Assembly (NCBI GenBank): GCA_002441285.1
Contig: DJVR01000064.1
Span: forward strand, 313-64,312
Direction of reading: 5' to 3'
DNA: 64,000 nucleotides
Source of the DNA: Candidatus Atribacteria bacterium UBA6251
GTDB lineage: Bacteria > Atribacterota > Phoenicimicrobiia > Phoenicimicrobiales > Phoenicimicrobiaceae
The notes under the pieces were generated by a model. That model made no database searches and was not told the DNA's origin. It saw only the letters and a program-made list of their open reading frames with translations. Positions 46,128 to 55,976 of the stretch are shown one piece after another. Numbering within the stretch: position 1 is the stretch's first letter; each line of letters starts with the position of its first letter. Both the position numbers and the translations under genes were made by a program.

Positions 46128-47489
46128 ATGAATATATGTATTATCGGTACTGGCTATGTTGGCCTGGTCACAGGCACTTGCCTTGCTGACTTTGGTCTTT
46201 CTGTAACCTGTGTTGATCAAGACGAAACAAAAATTTCTCTTCTAAACTCCGGTGGCGTTCCCATTTACGAACCGAATTTAGAAGCGTTAATCCAAAAGAA
46301 CATCTCAGCTGGCCGTCTTACCTTTACCACTGACCTTGAAAAAGCAGTCCAACAATCCAAAGTAATCTTTATTGCTGTTGGAACTCCTCCCAATCACGAT
46401 GGATCCACAAATTTAGAGCAGATTGAAAAGGTAGCCCAGCAAATTGCCGCCTCTCTAAATGAATATAAAGTTATAGTAAACAAAAGCACTGTCCCCATCG
46501 GCACCGCCACCAAAATCAAAGAAATAATAAATAAAAATGTCATTGCGAGGAGCGAAGTAAGCCTGCCCCAGCGAAAGCAGGGGAAGCAATCTCACCCTCA
46601 ATTAAAACCAATTGAATTTGACGTCGTCGCCAACCCTGAATTCCTTCGGGAGGGCTCAGCAGTCTATGACTTTACCCATCCCGATAAAATAGTAATCGGC
46701 ACCGAAAGCCCCAAGGCTCTAAAGATAATGCAGGAAATTTACCGCCCTCTCTACCTTATCGATACACCCTTTGTGATTACCAATCCCGAAACTGCAGAAT
46801 TAATTAAATATGCCTGTAATGCCTTTTTGGCTACCAAGATTACCTTTATTAATGAAATTGCCAACCTCTGTGACAAAGTAGGAGCAGATGTGCATCAGAT
46901 AGCCAAAGCTATGGGTTTGGATGGCCGTATCAGTCCTAAATTTCTCCATCCCGGTCCTGGTTATGGTGGCTCCTGTTTCCCTAAAGATACCGAAGCCCTT
47001 TATCATTTTGCATCAACTTGCGGATATGATTTTAAACTCCTAAAAGGGGTAATCTCTGCCAACAATCGCCAAAGAGAACTGATGGTAGAAAAAATTAAAC
47101 ATCATCTTGGCAATCTTAAAGGAAAAACCATCGGCATCTTAGGCCTGGCCTTCAAACAAAATACTGATGATATTCGAAAATCCCCTGCAATTGATATTAT
47201 CCAACTATTACTTAAAGAAGGCGTGCGTATCAAATGCTTCGACCCTCTGGCAATGGATAATACTAAAAAAATCCTTCCCAACTTAACCTATTGCCAGGAT
47301 GAATACGAAACTGCTCAAGATAGTGATGCCCTGGTAATTGCTACTGAATGGAATCAATTCCGTAATCTGGACCTACTTAAAATAAAAAAACTATTAAAAT
47401 CTCCCACCTTACTTGACCTAAGAAACTTATACGACCCAGAAAAAGTAAAACTCTTAGGCTTTATCTATGAGGGAGTAGGAAGGAAATAA
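46128..47489 (+). CDS. ugd: UDP-glucose 6-dehydrogenase
   Basis: N-terminal ICIIGTGYVGLVTGTCLADFG, NPEFLREG and catalytic GGSCFPKD. Carries a 19-codon in-frame insert at 46539-46595. Confidence 0.9.
   Translation: MNICIIGTGYVGLVTGTCLADFGLSVTCVDQDETKISLLNSGGVPIYEPNLEALIQKNISAGRLTFTTDLEKAVQQSKVIFIAVGTPPNHDGSTNLEQIEKVAQQIAASLNEYKVIVNKSTVPIGTATKIKEIINKNVIARSEVSLPQRKQGKQSHPQLKPIEFDVVANPEFLREGSAVYDFTHPDKIVIGTESPKALKIMQEIYRPLYLIDTPFVITNPETAELIKYACNAFLATKITFINEIANLCDKVGADVHQIAKAMGLDGRISPKFLHPGPGYGGSCFPKDTEALYHFASTCGYDFKLLKGVISANNRQRELMVEKIKHHLGNLKGKTIGILGLAFKQNTDDIRKSPAIDIIQLLLKEGVRIKCFDPLAMDNTKKILPNLTYCQDEYETAQDSDALVIATEWNQFRNLDLLKIKKLLKSPTLLDLRNLYDPEKVKLLGFIYEGVGRK
46539..46595. repeat. Family E hairpin element inserted in-frame in ugd
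   Basis: gtcattgcgaggagcgaagtaagcctgccccagcgaaagcaggggaagcaatctcac. Terminal ATTGC/GCAAT inverted repeat and an internal CCCC-a-GC-GAAA-GC-a-GGGG hairpin. Translated as VIARSEVSLPQRKQGKQSH. Confidence 0.7.
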
Positions 47490-47505
47490 CAAATATTTTT
47501 TTAAT

Positions 47506-48978
47506 ATGAACACAGTCCAAAGAATTGCAAAAAATACAGCAGTTTTACTTGCTGCTACTATAATTAGTAGAGTGTTAGGCTTTTTTTATGTACTGTATAC
47601 TGCCCGTTATTTAGGGGCAGAAGGTTTTGGAATTTTATCTTTTGCCCTTGCTTTCACTGGAATATTTGGCGTTTTCACCGACCTCGGTCTTGGATCATTG
47701 ACAGTGAGGGAAGTTGCCCGGGATAAATCATTGGCAGTTAAATATCTTGACAACATTACAGTAATAAAAATAATTTTAGTTACTTTCACATTTGGATTAA
47801 TTGCTTTAGCCATAAATGTTTTAGGTTACCCGGAGCAAACAATCAAGGTTGTTTATCTTATTGCTTTATCTGTTGTGTTTAATGAGTTTGCTATGATGTT
47901 TTATTCGATATTTCAGGCATTTGAAAAAATGGAATATCAGTCATTGGGACAGATTTTAAGTAGTGCTTTAATGTTCTCAGGAGTTATACTTGCTATAAAA
48001 TATAATTTTACTATCGTTGTCTTTGCGTCTTTATATCTTATAATTAGTGTTATAATTTTAGGGTATAATATTGTCGTTTTAAGATGGAAGTTTTCCAATC
48101 CGTTCCTTGCCTGGTCTCCAAGAAATATAAAAATAGATTGGAGTTTTTGGAGCCCTACAATTAAGGAGGCATTACCCTTTGGGTTGAGTGGAATTTTCAT
48201 TACAATTTATTATCATATTGATACTGTCATGCTTTCTTTAATGATACCTAATGCGAATGAAATTGTTGGTTGGTATAATGCAGCGTATAAAATAGTTTTT
48301 GTTTTAATGTCTATACCACATATGTATGTTATAGTAATTTTTCCTATTATGTCAAGATTTTTTAAAACTTCGGAGAAATCCTTGAAATTTATTTTCGCTC
48401 GTTCTATTAGATATATACTACTTATAAGCATTCTAATTGTGGTTGGAATAACATTACTGTCGGATAGGATAATTTTATTAGTTTTCGGATCAGATTATAT
48501 TCCATCAATAATTGCACTTCAAATTTTGGTTTGGTCGTTTCTTTTTGCAGCTATCGGAGGTGTTTTCGGATACTTATTAAATTCTATAAATAGACAAGCA
48601 ACATTGACTAAGATTGTTGGATGTGGTATGGCCTTAAATTTAGTTTTAAATGCTCTTTTAATACCGAATTATAGTTACATTGGTGCGAGTATTGCAACAG
48701 ATTTAACTAGATTTTTTGTAATCTTAATAGAATTTATTATACTTTCAAAAATTGGTTTTAACCTGCAGAATAGCATGTTTTTTGCTGTGGTGCTGAAAAT
48801 AATTGCTTCAAGTTTAATAATGGCAGGCTTTATTGAATATTTCAGAAATATAAATCTTTTATTGCTGATAATTTTATCTGCGTTTCTATATTTTATAGCA
48901 TTTTATTTAATGGGGGGATTGGATAAAGGTGATATTTCTTTAGTTAGGAGGCTATTGCATGGAAGAATTGAAAGCTAA
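47506..48978 (+). CDS. wzx: Wzx-type polysaccharide flippase (MOP superfamily)
   Basis: 490 aa with about 14 TM helices. The N-terminus KNTAVLLAATIISRVLGFFYVLYTARYLGAEGFG is typical of the family. Confidence 0.8.
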   Translation: MNTVQRIAKNTAVLLAATIISRVLGFFYVLYTARYLGAEGFGILSFALAFTGIFGVFTDLGLGSLTVREVARDKSLAVKYLDNITVIKIILVTFTFGLIALAINVLGYPEQTIKVVYLIALSVVFNEFAMMFYSIFQAFEKMEYQSLGQILSSALMFSGVILAIKYNFTIVVFASLYLIISVIILGYNIVVLRWKFSNPFLAWSPRNIKIDWSFWSPTIKEALPFGLSGIFITIYYHIDTVMLSLMIPNANEIVGWYNAAYKIVFVLMSIPHMYVIVIFPIMSRFFKTSEKSLKFIFARSIRYILLISILIVVGITLLSDRIILLVFGSDYIPSIIALQILVWSFLFAAIGGVFGYLLNSINRQATLTKIVGCGMALNLVLNALLIPNYSYIGASIATDLTRFFVILIEFIILSKIGFNLQNSMFFAVVLKIIASSLIMAGFIEYFRNINLLLLIILSAFLYFIAFYLMGGLDKGDISLVRRLLHGRIES

Positions 48979-50743
48979 CAAAGAAGAGGCAAATCGAAAA
49001 TGGCATTTATCAGAATTCCAATATGAAAAAGAGAGTGGAATTTATTTATCGGAGAAGTCACATACAATTTGCTATTCAGATGGAGCAAGTGTCGAAAATT
49101 ACATTTTACAATCTATAAAAAAAGCTAAAGATATTACGGATGACTCGGAAGAGCTTATGAAAATGGCAAAAGACTGGCCCTCTTATTATCATTTAGGGAT
49201 AGGAAGATCAAATATCTTAAAAACCCTTAATTTGCTTCCTAACGCTAAAGTTTTAGAACTTGGTTCTGGGTGTGGAGCCTTAACAAGATATTTAGGCGAA
49301 AATTTTGAGTCGGTTGATGGTATTGAAGGAAGCCCTCAACGCGCACAAATAGCACACGAAAGATGTAGAGATTTAAAAAATGTTAAAATATTTTGTTCGG
49401 ATTTTAATAGAGTAAAATTTAACAATAATTATGATATTGTTACTTTAATAGGTGTCCTGGAATATTCTCCTAAATATTGCTTAAATCAATTAGATACAAC
49501 AGATGCCTGCTTAATGCTTTTAAATCTTGCAAAAACTGCCCTAAAAAAAAATGGTATTTTACTAATAGCAATAGAAAATAGAATTGGAATTAAATATTGG
49601 AGTGGCTGTCCGGAGGATCATACGGGAAAAATATTTAGTAGTATTTACGGATATCCCGAAGGAAAGGGCGTAATAACTTTTTCTAAAAAAGAATTAAATT
49701 CTTTATTGGAAAAGGCAGGTTTTTTAAATAATTCTTTTTATTCTTGTTTTCCTGATTATAAATTTGCATCTACTATATTTAGTGATATTGAGGATGAAAA
49801 AGATTTTTATCTTCATAATTGGGTAGAAATTCCTTTTCGTACATATAGTGTTCCAAGAAGTTATACTTTTCATGAAGGTCTAGCAATTAAGACATTATCT
49901 AAATCAGGATTATTGAGAGAATTTGCAAATTCTTTTTTAGTTATAGCAAGTAAAAGTGAAAATAATATAGTTAATAAACCGGATTGGATTGCAAAAAGAT
50001 TCTCCACACAAAGGCGAAAGGAATTTCAATGTATAACTACATTAAAGATAAATCCTAAAATTTATATAGAGAAAAAAAAGATAATTAATGATAAAAATTA
50101 TATAATAAAAAAGAATAATTACAAAATAAAACAAAAAGCTATAAATTCTCCTTGGTATGATGGTGATTTATTAATATTTGATATATATAAAATGTCTATT
50201 TGTAAGGATTATAAAAAAAAGTTATTAAAAATATTTAATTTGTATTACCAAGAACTATTTAAGCGCTATTATATAGGGAGCAATGACAAGGAAGGTTATC
50301 CTCTTTTGAAGGGTGAGTCAATCGATTTTATTTTTAGAAATATAATAAAAGCAAATAACAAAATTTTACCTATAGACAATGAATGGTTTATAGAAAATTC
50401 TATTCCTGCAGACTATGTTATGTATAGAACTGTAATAACTGATATTGTGGGATCACAATTTCCTTGGATTGATAAAAAAATTAAAAATGTTGATAAATTT
50501 ACAGTTGAATTAATAAAATCAATTTTTCCAAATTATGGGAATAGAAGAAACAATAAAAACAAACTGATTGAAAAATCTTTCCAGGATGGTGTAACAAATG
50601 GATTAAATCAAATAAATTTATTACCAAATTACTATTTTTTAAGAAATAAAATAATTAGGAGTCTAACTTTAAAAGTATGGAGTAAAATATTGCCTAGAAG
50701 AATAAAAACCGTAATAAAAAAGATTATTTTTAAAAAACAGTAA
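48959..50743 (+). CDS. Class I SAM-dependent methyltransferase fused to a kinase-like domain and basic C-terminal tail
   Basis: Motif I VLELGSGCGALTRYL. Downstream DFIFRNIIKANNKILPIDNEWF resembles the DxxxxN...(I)DxE catalytic loops of APH/choline-kinase-like folds. Tail: RRIKTVIKKIIFKKQ. Confidence 0.65.
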   Translation: MEELKANKEEANRKWHLSEFQYEKESGIYLSEKSHTICYSDGASVENYILQSIKKAKDITDDSEELMKMAKDWPSYYHLGIGRSNILKTLNLLPNAKVLELGSGCGALTRYLGENFESVDGIEGSPQRAQIAHERCRDLKNVKIFCSDFNRVKFNNNYDIVTLIGVLEYSPKYCLNQLDTTDACLMLLNLAKTALKKNGILLIAIENRIGIKYWSGCPEDHTGKIFSSIYGYPEGKGVITFSKKELNSLLEKAGFLNNSFYSCFPDYKFASTIFSDIEDEKDFYLHNWVEIPFRTYSVPRSYTFHEGLAIKTLSKSGLLREFANSFLVIASKSENNIVNKPDWIAKRFSTQRRKEFQCITTLKINPKIYIEKKKIINDKNYIIKKNNYKIKQKAINSPWYDGDLLIFDIYKMSICKDYKKKLLKIFNLYYQELFKRYYIGSNDKEGYPLLKGESIDFIFRNIIKANNKILPIDNEWFIENSIPADYVMYRTVITDIVGSQFPWIDKKIKNVDKFTVELIKSIFPNYGNRRNNKNKLIEKSFQDGVTNGLNQINLLPNYYFLRNKIIRSLTLKVWSKILPRRIKTVIKKIIFKKQ

Positions 50744-51000
50744 TAGAAGTTCATTTATACCTAAATTATAAATCCATATAAACTTATATTTTCTGTTATT
50801 TTAATTGTTTTATAACAAAAATAATACCAATAACATAGTGTGATTTGATATAGAGGGGTTATAAAGTTTTTATTCATCTATAGTGTTTAACTAAATAGAA
50901 AAAAATTACTCCAATACTGTTTTTAAAAGAATGTTTTTCTTTAATTAGGTATAACTAAGACAGATAATATATAAAATTTTTTATAATGGAGATAAGAATA

Positions 51001-51882
51001 ATGAAAGGCATAATATTAGCCGGTGGGGCGGGGACCAGACTCAATCCCTTAACCAAAGCAATAAGTAAACAATTAATTCCAGTGTATGATAAACCGATGA
51101 TATATTATCCCTTATCTACTTTGATGCTAGCGGGGATCAAAGATATTTTAATTATTTCTACTCCTCAGGATTTACCGAAATTTAGAGATTTATTTGAGGA
51201 TGGTAAAGAAATTGGACTTAAAATTACCTATAAAGAACAGCCCAGGCCAGAGGGGATTGCCCAGGCCTTTATTATTGGAGAGGAATTTATTGGAGAAGAT
51301 TCAGTATGCTTGATACTGGGGGATAATATATTCTATGGGCATAATTTGTCAATGACTTTGCAGAAGATGGCAGGACTAAAAGAAGGAGCTTGTATCTTTG
51401 GTTACTGGGTAGCTAATCCGCAAAGATATGGGATAGTGGAATTTAATGAAGGTAATGAAGTTGTAAGCATAGAGGAAAAACCGAAGGTTCCTAAATCCAA
51501 TTATGCTGTTCCTGGACTTTATTTTTATGATAATGAGGTTGTGGATATAGCTAAAAAATTAAAGCCCTCTGGCAGAGGGGAACTGGAGATAACTGATGTA
51601 AACTTAGCTTACTTAGAGAAAGGGAGTCTTAAGGTAGAACTTTTGGGTCGAGGTTATGCCTGGTTGGATACCGGAACACCGGACAGTTTGCTTGATGCTT
51701 CAAATTATATTGCTACTATGGAGAGAAGACAGGGCCTAAAGATTGGCTGTATAGAAGAGGTAGCTTTCAGGATGGGTTATATTAATAAGAATCAGTTTGA
51801 GGGAATAATTGAGCGATTACCGGCAAATGATTACAGAAAATATCTGGAAATGATTTTAAAAGAAGAACAAAAGATAAAGTAG
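51001..51882 (+). CDS. rfbA: Glucose-1-phosphate thymidylyltransferase
   Basis: [18 protein letters not shown]... The track start at 50986 is also possible. Confidence 0.95.
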   Translation: MKGIILAGGAGTRLNPLTKAISKQLIPVYDKPMIYYPLSTLMLAGIKDILIISTPQDLPKFRDLFEDGKEIGLKITYKEQPRPEGIAQAFIIGEEFIGEDSVCLILGDNIFYGHNLSMTLQKMAGLKEGACIFGYWVANPQRYGIVEFNEGNEVVSIEEKPKVPKSNYAVPGLYFYDNEVVDIAKKLKPSGRGELEITDVNLAYLEKGSLKVELLGRGYAWLDTGTPDSLLDASNYIATMERRQGLKIGCIEEVAFRMGYINKNQFEGIIERLPANDYRKYLEMILKEEQKIK

Positions 51883-51891
51883 AGGGTGGCT

Positions 51892-52386
51892 ATGGAATTT
51901 AAAAAAGGTGAAATCGAAGGGGTAGTAATAGAAAAATTAATTAAATTTTCTGATGAGAGAGGTTTTTTGATAGAGACCTTCAGGATAGATAATCTGCCGG
52001 ATAATTTACAGCCAATAATGAGCTATGTCTCTTATACCAGGCCAGGAGTCGCTCGAGGACCTCATGAACATAAGGAGCAGACTGATATCTTTTGTTTTAT
52101 GGGGCCGGGTAATTTTAAGATAAAACTGTGGGATAATCGAAAAGAGAGTAAGACTTATAGATGTTGTATGGAGATAATTGGAGGGAAAGATAATTCCATC
52201 AGGGTAGTTGTTCCTCCCGGGGTAGTTCATGGTTATAAAAATATCTCTAAAGAGGTAGATGGAATGGTGTTAAATTATCCCGATAAATTATATCGAGGTT
52301 GGGGCAAAAAAGAAGAAGTTGATGAAATAAGACACGAAGATAAAGAGGATGAATTTTATTTAGATTTTATTAAAGAGGATAAATAG
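51892..52386 (+). CDS. rfbC: dTDP-4-dehydrorhamnose 3,5-epimerase-like cupin (short form)
   Basis: FSDERGFLIETFR and HEHKEQTDIF motifs, positioned between rfbA and rfbD. Confidence 0.8.
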   Translation: MEFKKGEIEGVVIEKLIKFSDERGFLIETFRIDNLPDNLQPIMSYVSYTRPGVARGPHEHKEQTDIFCFMGPGNFKIKLWDNRKESKTYRCCMEIIGGKDNSIRVVVPPGVVHGYKNISKEVDGMVLNYPDKLYRGWGKKEEVDEIRHEDKEDEFYLDFIKEDK

Positions 52387-52389
52387 TCT

Positions 52390-53289
52390 ATGATCTGGCT
52401 TATCGGAAATAAAGGAATGCTGGGTAATGATGTAGAAAAATTATTAAAAGAGCGAGGGCTTACTTATTGGGCCAGTGATAAGGAAGTCGACATTAGCGAT
52501 TATAAAGCGATGGAGAAATTTGGAAAAGACAAGAAGATTAAATGGATAATCAATTGTTCAGGATATACCAAAGTAGATAAGGCAGAAGAAGAAGTAGATG
52601 AGGCCTTCAGAATAAACAAAGATGGGGTTAGGAATATTGCCTTATTTTCGGCAAAGAGGCAGATCAAATTAATTCATATTTCCACAGATTATGTATTTGA
52701 TGGTAGTCAAGAGGGCGGTGGGGGTGTCGTTGCTTACAGTGAAGATGATAAAACTAATCCTATAAATATATATGGTAAGAGCAAATTAGCTGGGGAAGAG
52801 GAGATAAAAAAGATATTAGAGGAATATTTTATCATCCGCACCGCCTGGCTCTATGGATTACAGGGGAATAATTTTGTCTATACTATGTTAAGATTATTCA
52901 AGGAAAGAGATTTGGTAAAGGTAGTAGAAGACCAGTGGGGCTCTCCTACTTATACGGTGGATTTAGCGAGAGCTATTTTAAAGATAATAGAAGATGATTC
53001 AGTTAGTTATGGGATATATCATTTTACCAATGAGGGAGTAACCAATTGGTATGAATTTGCTAAGGCAATTTATAATAGAGCTAAAAGATTAGGATTGATT
53101 GATGACAATAAAAAAGTAGAGATACAACCTATCAAGACTGAGGATTATCCTACAGCTGCCAGGAGACCAAGATATTCAGTTTTATCTAAAGAGAAAATAA
53201 AGAAAGAATTTAATATTGAAATTCCTTATTGGAGAGAGTCTTTAGAGAAATACTTGAAGAGGATTTTGGATGAAGGATATAGGATTTAG
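52390..53289 (+). CDS. rfbD: dTDP-4-dehydrorhamnose reductase
   Basis: HISTDYVFDG, YGKSKLAGE and RPRYSVL motifs. Confidence 0.9.
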   Translation: MIWLIGNKGMLGNDVEKLLKERGLTYWASDKEVDISDYKAMEKFGKDKKIKWIINCSGYTKVDKAEEEVDEAFRINKDGVRNIALFSAKRQIKLIHISTDYVFDGSQEGGGGVVAYSEDDKTNPINIYGKSKLAGEEEIKKILEEYFIIRTAWLYGLQGNNFVYTMLRLFKERDLVKVVEDQWGSPTYTVDLARAILKIIEDDSVSYGIYHFTNEGVTNWYEFAKAIYNRAKRLGLIDDNKKVEIQPIKTEDYPTAARRPRYSVLSKEKIKKEFNIEIPYWRESLEKYLKRILDEGYRI

Positions 53290-53291
53290 TT

Positions 53292-53648
53292 ATGAATTAT
53301 GAAGAGCTAAATGTATTCAAAGAATCTCATAAGTTTGTTTTAGAGATTTATAAAATAACTGAGACCTTTCCAAATGAGGAGAAATTTAGGTTAGTTGATC
53401 AACTAATAAGAGCGTCATATTCTATTCCGTCAAATATTGTTGAAGGAAACAGCAGAAATACGACAAAAGATTATATAAACTTTTTATATAATGCAAGGAG
53501 TAGTGCAAATGAGATTAAATATTTTTTACTTTTATCAAAAGATTTAGGATATATCAGTATGGAAAGATATTTGGAACTGAAAACTAAAATAGAAGATATT
53601 ATTAAAATGTTAAATGGATTAATAAATTCATTGAAAAGGAAAATATGA
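53292..53648 (+). CDS. Four-helix-bundle protein (23S rRNA intervening-sequence protein family)
   Basis: LIRASYSIPSNIVEGNSRNTTKDYINFLYNARSSANEIKYFLLLSKDLGYI is diagnostic of the family. Wedged between rfbD and rfbB with an ATGA stop/start overlap. Confidence 0.85.
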   Translation: MNYEELNVFKESHKFVLEIYKITETFPNEEKFRLVDQLIRASYSIPSNIVEGNSRNTTKDYINFLYNARSSANEIKYFLLLSKDLGYISMERYLELKTKIEDIIKMLNGLINSLKRKI

Positions 53649-54886
53649 TGAAGAAAGAAAAGAACACTAATGATTTACAAAATCACAAATCCCCAATCCT
53701 AAATCCCAAATCCATCCCCCTACATCCTAAATCCATCTTAGTTACCGGGGGAGCAGGATTTATCGGCTCAAACTTTATTCATTATGTTTTTAAGGAAACT
53801 AAATTTGATGGGAAAATTATCAATGTAGATAAACTAACCTATGCTGGTAATTTAGAGAATTTAGTAGAGATTGATAATAAATATGGTGGAGAGAGATATT
53901 TTTTTGAGAGAGTAGATATATGTGATTTTAATGAGATTAAAAGGATATTTGAGAAATATGATATTGATACCGTGGTTAATTTTGCCGCAGAATCACATGT
54001 AGATAGGTCTATCTTTGGGCCTAAAGATTTTGTGCAGACTAATATTATGGGAACATTTAATCTTTTGGAAGTAGCATATAAATACTGGATGGAGAAGCCA
54101 TTCAAGTATAAAGCCAGATACTTGAATGGAGGGAACATAGGATTTAGGGGTAAGGGTTTAGAAAGTAACGAAATCCAAAATCCAAAATCCAAAATTCATT
54201 TTCCTCGCTTCCATCATATCAGTACTGATGAAGTCTATGGTTCGATTGAGAAGGGAGGATATTTTTATGAGGATACTGCTTATAAACCAAATAGCCCTTA
54301 TTCTGCCTCTAAAGCTTCTTCTGATCATCTAGTAAGAGCTTACCATAAGACTTATGGCCTGCCCGTTACTATTTCTAATTGTTCTAACAATTATGGTCCT
54401 TATCAATTTCCGGAGAAATTAATTCCTTTGATGATTTTAAACATTTTAGAAGAAAAGGCTCTGCCGGTATATGGTGATGGGAAAAATGTGCGGGATTGGC
54501 TGTATGTGGAAGACCACTGTTCGGCAATTTGGGAGATATTAAATAAGGGAAGGGTAGGCGAGACCTATAATATCGGTGGAGAGAATGAGTGGGAAAATAT
54601 AAAGCTGGTTAATTCTCTTTGTGAGAAGATAGCGAAGATAAAAGGAAAAGATAAAGATTATTATAAAAAATTAATTACCTTTGTCAAAGATAGACCTGGA
54701 CATGACCGACGATATGCCATTAATTGTGATAAGATAAAGCGTGAGCTGGGCTGGAATAGGCAATATGATTTTGAAAAAGGATTAGATTATACCATCAAAT
54801 GGTATATAAATAATCAAGACTGGGTAGATAGAGTAAGAAGTGGGGAGTACAGGAAGTGGATTGAGAGGAATTATAATAGGAGATAA
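53645..54886 (+). CDS. rfbB: dTDP-glucose 4,6-dehydratase with repeat-derived N-terminal extension and internal insert
   Basis: ILVTGGAGFIGSNF, HISTDEVYGS and YSASKASSDHL. The extra segments coincide with heptamer repeats at 53687-53737 and 54140-54198. Confidence 0.9.
   Translation: MMKKEKNTNDLQNHKSPILNPKSIPLHPKSILVTGGAGFIGSNFIHYVFKETKFDGKIINVDKLTYAGNLENLVEIDNKYGGERYFFERVDICDFNEIKRIFEKYDIDTVVNFAAESHVDRSIFGPKDFVQTNIMGTFNLLEVAYKYWMEKPFKYKARYLNGGNIGFRGKGLESNEIQNPKSKIHFPRFHHISTDEVYGSIEKGGYFYEDTAYKPNSPYSASKASSDHLVRAYHKTYGLPVTISNCSNNYGPYQFPEKLIPLMILNILEEKALPVYGDGKNVRDWLYVEDHCSAIWEILNKGRVGETYNIGGENEWENIKLVNSLCEKIAKIKGKDKDYYKKLITFVKDRPGHDRRYAINCDKIKRELGWNRQYDFEKGLDYTIKWYINNQDWVDRVRSGEYRKWIERNYNRR
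53687..53737. repeat. Heptamer tandem repeat (AAATCCN) translated as the rfbB N-terminal extension
   Basis: aaatccc|caatcct|aaatccc|aaatcca|tccccct|acatcct|aaatcca. Confidence 0.75.
54140..54198. repeat. Palindromic heptamer-repeat element inside rfbB
   Basis: ggattta|ggggtaa|gggttta ... aaatcca|aaatcca|aaatcca|aaattca. The two halves are mutually complementary. Confidence 0.75.
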
Positions 54887-54959
54887 ATTAAAATTTAAAA
54901 AATCTAGAATTAGCAGTAATTTATTGATTAATTTACTATAGAGGAATAAATAAAATATT

Positions 54960-55976
54960 ATGAATGAACCTTTAATTTCTATAATTTCTCCTACTTATAA
55001 TCATAGATTGTATATAGGTAAGTGCATAGAAAGTGTTTTAAAACAGACTTATATAAATTGGGAAATGATTATTATTGATGATTTTTCCAGTGACGGAACA
55101 CCAGAAATTATTGAGAAATATATTAAAAAAGATAAAAGAATAAAAACTATTAGACATACAGAGAATTATGGAATTTATCGATTATCTGATAGTTATAACG
55201 AGGCTTTAAAAATTGCAACTGGTGAATTTATTGCAATTTTAGAAGGCGACGATTATTGGCCCAAAGATAAGTTAGAAAAACAAATAATATTTTTTAATAA
55301 TGATAAAGTTATACTTGTATGGGGGAAAGGAGCTTATATTAATGCAAAAGGAAAAATTATCAGATTAATGTCTTTCCCTAGAATATCTTTAAGGTCTAAA
55401 TCAATCTATTATAATAAACCAATTGGTATGGCATTAAAAAAGTTATTATTTGAAAATTTCATCGTTCCTACAGCAAGTATAATGGTAAAAAAAAGCGCTC
55501 TTTTATCAATAGGTGGTTTTAAACAGCCTTCAAATATTTCCTATGTAGATTATCCAACCTGGCTTGAACTTTCGTTAAAAGGTGAATTTTGTTTTTCAAA
55601 TGATATTCTTGGTTATTGGAGGATACATTCTTCTCAAGCAACAGCCACTTTTTTGAATGAGCAAATATTTAGTCGTTCAAAAATAGCTTTTGAATTTTGC
55701 AAGTCTTTACCTGACGATTTCAAGAAATCTTTAGAAATAAATGATAGAACTATTGAGGTAAGATATTATTGGTTCGAAGGAAGATCAAATTTATTAATAA
55801 AAAATTGGAGTGATTCTCGAAACGATTTCATTAAAGTATTTTTAAAAGGATCGCTATTTATGAAGATAAAAGGGATAATTGGATTATTTAGTAGTTATTT
55901 AAAAAAAGATATTATTAAGTATTTAGCAAAGATAATCAATCGAAAATTATATAATGGTATAGAAAATGAAAATTAA
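54960..55976 (+). CDS. Family 2 glycosyltransferase
   Basis: ISIISPTYNH...IIIDDFSSDGT...LEGDDYW. Confidence 0.85.
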   Translation: MNEPLISIISPTYNHRLYIGKCIESVLKQTYINWEMIIIDDFSSDGTPEIIEKYIKKDKRIKTIRHTENYGIYRLSDSYNEALKIATGEFIAILEGDDYWPKDKLEKQIIFFNNDKVILVWGKGAYINAKGKIIRLMSFPRISLRSKSIYYNKPIGMALKKLLFENFIVPTASIMVKKSALLSIGGFKQPSNISYVDYPTWLELSLKGEFCFSNDILGYWRIHSSQATATFLNEQIFSRSKIAFEFCKSLPDDFKKSLEINDRTIEVRYYWFEGRSNLLIKNWSDSRNDFIKVFLKGSLFMKIKGIIGLFSSYLKKDIIKYLAKIINRKLYNGIENEN

